42,386 bases of DNA from the NCBI RefSeq assembly GCF_001194135.2, contig NC_068999.1, positions 26,848,427-26,890,812 of the forward strand, written 5' to 3'. The stretch's first letter is position 1. Each line of letters starts with the position of its first letter. This document shows positions 37,161 through 42,386 of this stretch, piece by piece. The stretch is from Octopus bimaculoides (Eukaryota). A program made the position numbers and the translations under genes. The notes under the pieces are model-generated. The model was not told the origin of the DNA and searched no databases. It worked only from the letters and a program-made list of their open reading frames with translations.

Positions 37161-37489
37161 GACAATCTTACTAGGGATGGTGTCTCGCTAAAAATACCGG
37201 TGGTGGCTAACGTTAACATACAAATGTTGAGTGAAAATGTCTACTACAAATGTATCAAATGATGGTGTTAATGAGATTGGAACAAAAGGTGAAAGCCTTT
37301 CGTCCGACAGGTGCCCTGTGGATGAGTAGTGAAGACCTCGTCGTCATTCAGAGACTGCTTGTACACAAAGCCAGAGGCAAAGAAGAATCAGGAAAGTATT
37401 CGATAGCTGAAAAGAATGGATAGCAGGCAGCAAGGCGGCTACACATGCAAGATTCCAGGAGTTCCAACAAAACCTGTGATAAAAAGAAA

Positions 37490-37515
37490 ATAATAATAAT
37501 AACAACAACAACAAC

Positions 37516-37573
<58 letters not shown>

Positions 37574-37574
37574 T

Positions 37575-37607
<33 letters not shown>
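37490..37607. repeat. Compound AAT/AAC/GAT/CAT microsatellite
   Basis: Direct reading. Confidence 0.95.
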
Positions 37608-37759
37608 GTTTTCTATTATAGGCACAAGGCCTGAAATTTTGGGGGAGTGGGTAGTCGATTGCATCAATCTCAGTGCTCAACTCGTACTTATCTTATCAAC
37701 CCCAAAAGTCGACCTAGTCAGCCCTGGAACTCAGGACATAAATACAAATGAAATGCCGA
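37608..37759 (-). mobile_element. SINE family A, 5'-truncated
   Basis: TTTTCTATTATAGGCACAAGGCCTGAAATTTTGG...GTCGACC...GAAATGCCG. Confidence 0.8.
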
Positions 37760-39182
37760 CTCTACAAAAACAGCGAAAAGAAATTCTATAAACAACTGAA
37801 CAATGAAGAGGAGCATCAGACGAATGGTATGCCAAATGCTGAATCAGCAAGAAAATTTTGGGAAGAAATTTGAAGCAAAGAAGTTTAACATAATATAAAA
37901 GCAGACTGGTTGCAGGAATTTCAAACGGAAATGGAATTGCAAGGAGATATAACAACCACGGATAAAAAAAGTAAGAGATGATTAAGAAAATACCAAACTG
38001 GAAAGCCCCCAGACCAGATGGTCGAAAATCTGTCAAGTAAACGGAGTTATATACGACTGATTTTACTGACTGTATAGAAAATGGAACGCAAACATCTGTG
38101 ACAAAAGGAAGGACAGCACTGATACAGAAAGACAAAGAAAAGAGAGAAGTCAGCAATTGCAGACCCATTACTTGCTTATCATTTTTCAGGAAATTATTAA
38201 GTGGCTTAATAGCGATAAAGTGTATAATTTTCTGGAAAACGAAAATCTATTGCCAGGGCGTAAAAAGGTTGCAATAGAAATCAAGGGGACTGCTGATCTG
38301 CTATACATAAATTGTAGGATATTAAATGAGGTAAGAGCAAGAAAGAAGAATTTAGCTGTTGGATGGATAGGTTACACGAAGGCATGTGGCAATGTTCGAC
38401 ATGGTTCACTCTGGAGAGTCTGAGGACGCTCGGAATCAATGAGAAGATAAATAGCTTTTTGGAAAACGCAATGAGAGTATGGGAAGTAGAACTGACATGT
38501 GCAAATGAATCGCTAGGCAACATATAAATATTCAAGAGCATTTTTCAGATAGATCCGTTCTCGACAAGACTTAGTCAGACAGCAAATGTAGAATCTGCAA
38601 GAAAGGAGACGAAAGTACCTCTTGAGTGAGTGCAGTATACTTGTACAAAAGGAGTATAAGTGCAGGCATGACTGTATCGGAAAGAGGGTGCATTTTGATG
38701 TTAGCAGAGTGTGACTTCAATTTAACAGAAATATGGTTTGACCACAAAACAGATACTGATAGATGAGAAGTACAGGATCTTGCGAGACTTCCTCGCAAAA
38801 ATATGACAATACTATTGAAGCGAGAAGACTAGATATGATTATAGAAAACAAGATAACAAACAGTGTAAGATCATAGATTTTGCAATTCTTTATGGTAGCA
38901 GTGTCGATACCAATGAAATTGAAAAAAAAATTGAGAAATATTGGAATCTAACCAGAGAACTGAGGAGACTGTGGAAAACCAAGACAACTGGTGCACGTGG
39001 CACAACACCCAAAATAATACCTAAAAGACTTAAAGAGAATGGAATTGAAACTCGCATTATTGACCAGCAGAAAAGAACCATTTGATGTTCTGCAAGATGC
39101 CCAAAGATTCTTGCGATTTGAGAAGACTTGTCACCAAATCTCAAGATGAAATGCCTGCTAATTAAATAGGCATGTACTAGCT
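37760..39182 (+). mobile_element. R4/Dong-like element with large internal deletion
   Basis: RKFWEEI, PNWKAPRPDG, NCRPITCL, KKNLAVGWIGYTKA. Jumps from the GIFQ-like motif to KCRICKK (knuckle), then RLDMII, IIDFAI, KIEKYWNL. (CAA)n tail. Confidence 0.85.
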
Positions 39183-39206
39183 CAACAACAACAACAACAA
39201 CAGCAA

Positions 39207-39320
39207 TCCTTTGTAATATAGGCACAAGACCTGAAATTTTTAGTCGATTTTATCGACCGTAGTACTCAATTGGTACTATTTCATCGACTCTGAAAAGATG
39301 AAACGCAAAGTCGACTGGCG
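39207..39320 (-). mobile_element. SINE family A fragment
   Basis: ATAGGCACAAGACCTGAAATTTTT...GATGAAACGCAAAGTCGAC. Confidence 0.75.
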
Positions 39321-39569
39321 AAACAACATCAACAACGACAACAACAACAACAACAATAACAATCCTTTGTTTATTGGCCACTGAGGATTATAAAAATGGC
39401 AGAAACAAACACATACATATCAGTAAATATGATAATACGTAATAGGATGTGAAAGGCAGAAAAGAGGATTTTAACAATATAAAGCAAAAGCACTTACAAA
39501 GAGGTGAGAACCAACACCTAAGGAGAATCTTGCAATCTAGGCAGGTACCCTCTTCCGGCTGCAGAATCC

Positions 39570-40430
39570 AAGAACTGGTCCACACATCCTTACTAGTTTT
39601 ACCGTCTTCGTCAACTATGCTAGACAGTGGCGTCTACTGCTCCAACCTCAGCCTTCGCTTCAGGCGGAACTGGAAGAATTTAATGTGGAGCTGATCGGAA
39701 TGGTAAAGTTTACAATGCTACCTCTTCTGTTATAGTCCCCAGAAAGTGGAAAACCAATCTTCTCTTTTTTTTGCCAAAAGAAGTTACTATACTATCGAAA
39801 AACCTCTATTACGCGTTTTCCAAACAAGCATCCTCTGCAAACTTTGTGCTACACTTTACGTTGGAAGAAAAAAAACGCATTACTGATCGCTTTCGTGAGC
39901 ACATTCGAAGTTCATTATTACATTGACTACGCTGACCGTCGCCACCCACCTCAACGCAAAAGGTATCCATTACCCATTTATCAGTGTATAGTATCTCTGC
40001 ACACCATGACTCCACTCACCCACCCCACAAAAAAAAACAAAAAATAAAAAAACGCAAGTAACACTGTTTCATACTCAAATTCAGTACCAGGGCACCGACG
40101 TATTTAACTCAACGTTTTTCCTTTTGCTTCCTCCTCTCCTCACCCTTAGTCTGGTTATCCCATTTTATCTTTCAGATCTTCTCGTCACAATTTTCTCTCC
40201 GCCTCACCCACACCCACTTTTTTCTCCTTTTCTTTCGCTTTCCTTCCCGCACTTACACCTCGGTTCTCTTACCACTGGCTGTCTACGGATAGAAACTGGC
40301 ATTGCCTATCTGTGCTCCATCCGTTGCAGCCATTCGCTTAGACTAGAGAATGTATAATACTACTGTCTTTCCTCTTCTACTCTCCTGCGACCCCAACCAG
40401 GAAGAATGAGTCTGTCCGAAATGTCGGATA
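39570..40430 (+). mobile_element. Penelope-like 3' fragment (linker + GIY-YIG + pyrimidine-rich 3'UTR), decayed
   Basis: LRFRRNWKNL (cf. AFRRxxNL linker). SKNLYY...ILCKLCATLYVG(fs)RITDRFREHIRS matches the PLE GIY-YIG pattern. Confidence 0.65.
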
Positions 40431-40459
40431 CCCTTTACACCAATTTTACTATACTCTTT

Positions 40460-40901
40460 CTATATCCTTAGATTCTATCATATCTGCGCTGTTATATGCA
40501 AGTGAGACGTGGGTTACTACGAAGATGATAGAATATCGATTGGCTATGGCGAAAAGGGCCATGGAAATATCCATACTGGGAATCACATTAAGAGAGCATG
40601 TTTGAAATGAGATAATTCGATAACAAAGTGGGGTGAATGATGTAATAACAGAATACCGAAAGCACAAGTTTCACTGGGCCAGACACGTCGCAAGGTTCAC
40701 AGACAAAAAGTGAGCCCGTGCAGTTGCCGAATGGTATCCAACAGATCGGAAAAGGTCCCTTGGAAAGAGCCTCCACGACGATAGGAAGACGATTTAGTCA
40801 AGCAATTTGGATCAAAATGGAAAAGAATGGTGCAATCAAGACAAAATTGGAAGTGCATTGTGACCAACGGCATCTGATGGCCTGGGCGATACTGTGAAAC
40901 T

Positions 40902-40905
<4 letters not shown>
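40460..40905 (+). mobile_element. RTE-clade LINE 3' fragment
   Basis: ALLYASETW, KRAMEISILGITLREHV*NEIIR, KFHWARHVAR, VAEWYP..KR. Ends in a CTGTGAAACTGTGA tandem tail next to (TA)n. Confidence 0.85.
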
Positions 40906-40983
<78 letters not shown>

Positions 40984-40985
40984 TA
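40905..40985. repeat. (TA)n microsatellite
   Basis: Dinucleotide run. Confidence 0.97.
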
Positions 40986-42348
40986 GACACGGAAACCAAC
41001 ACAGATGGGAAGCAATGGGAAACTCTCTTTCTGTGAATCTCTTGCACACACATGAGGGATTGCGCACATCTTTTGTCTATCAATTTCACTCAGAAGGTAT
41101 TGATCAACCTGAAAATACTAACCCAAGACGTTATATAGTGCAATCAAAGCACTATGTGTGTGTGTGTGTGTGTGTGATTAGACACACCCGCACATATGAG
41201 GTTTTGGCAACTCCCCATCGTCTTCCTACTTTGCTATCTCTTACATGACTATTAAATATTGAAACTTCAAAATTGGTCAGCACATTCTTTATTCTGTTTT
41301 GTTTGTTGGTTATACTGTGTGATAAGATTGATGATTGTTTCTATGCATTACAGTAGGCATTAATATTTTTTATTGCTGCTGTCATACTATCATCCTAATA
41401 CACTACCACGATTACATCATCGGATATTTACACCGTCTTTGATTACATACACACACAAACACATGCGCGCGCATATGCGCATATATACAATTTGTCTTTT
41501 CATGAATAAAAGATTATTCAAAATAGAATAGTTCTAATCACTATAATGTTTTATATAAATATGACTACTGTTCCATGACTTCAAGATTAATGCTGTATAG
41601 AGCATTCATCATATGGATTTGGAAGACTTTCTTTCGAATAATGATGCTGTTTTGATCTCTATATGGCCACGTGGTGTCAATATCCGGATGGGTATGCGCG
41701 TGATGATGTGCCTGAAGAGGAGAGATGCATGCGCGTGAATACATACACGAATGCACTAACACATCGTCGTACACATATACAAACATTGGTGCAAATATCT
41801 AACACATAAGTATGCATGTACCATAAAATATTGGCTATGTTTGCTCGCAATAAAGACGGAGATTTATATATCGAGTGTAATGATTGTAATAATGATAATT
41901 TTTTTAGATCTTGCAATAAATTCAGAGACGAATAGATATCCTCTACATTTTAGATGAAATAAAAATCTCATACGTAGAAACAAAATTCCTAGTCATTTTC
42001 ATATCATTTTCAAATGTCTGGTTATGTAAATATATTAATTCTTGATCCATCGTTAAATCGACCGATTTGAATTTCAGTATGAGTGTTACATGTTTATTTA
42101 CACTTATATGTTTGTAAGTGTGTGCAGCGTGCAAATTTAAGTATTCAGTTGTTAAACTATTGATGATACTAAATCCCGTAAAAACGTACAAGTTGAATCG
42201 AGGTGAATTGCAAATGAATTCATCCCCTCAACCCCGAGGACCGTTGACATGTTCTCAAGGATGAATTCCTTTAATTCATTCATACTAATCTTCTTTCACT
42301 TAATTTTTGACCTTTCACTTAGTTTTTCTATTACAATTCATTACTTGT

Positions 42349-42352
<4 letters not shown>

Positions 42353-42386
<34 letters not shown>
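42353..42386. repeat. (TA)n microsatellite, truncated by window end
   Basis: Dinucleotide run. Confidence 0.97.

Noticed and set aside
39385-39560. Possible inverted pLTR or hammerhead (CCGGAAGAGGG, minus strand) before the second Penelope fragment
   Set aside because: No GAAA or stem II, and no visible similarity to that fragment's 3' end.

Overview
AT-rich, microsatellite-dense eukaryotic DNA with four N gaps. It is most likely an octopus genome, inferred from the repeat families and not proven. No intact host protein-coding gene can be supported; almost every ORF in the track is microsatellite translation or a transposon fragment. The window holds: (i) about 9 decayed R4/Dong-like non-LTR retrotransposon fragments (RT, CCHC knuckle, restriction-like endonuclease) stacked in (TAA)n tracts; (ii) a Penelope-like element (RT + GIY-YIG, 3933-6416) bracketed by inverted ~190-bp terminal repeats, each holding a minimal hammerhead ribozyme fold with a U3/A8 variant core; (iii) a second Penelope GIY-YIG fragment and an RTE 3' fragment; (iv) a Tc1 element with both TIRs and TA target duplication, and a deleted mariner; (v) three tRNA-derived SINE families, some nested with visible target-site duplications. 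The most interesting signals are the paired hammerheads, a covarying 3'UTR hairpin in Dong-like lineages, and the opposite orientation of SINE-A and Dong-like LINEs relative to TAA tracts. All alignments and folds were done by eye.
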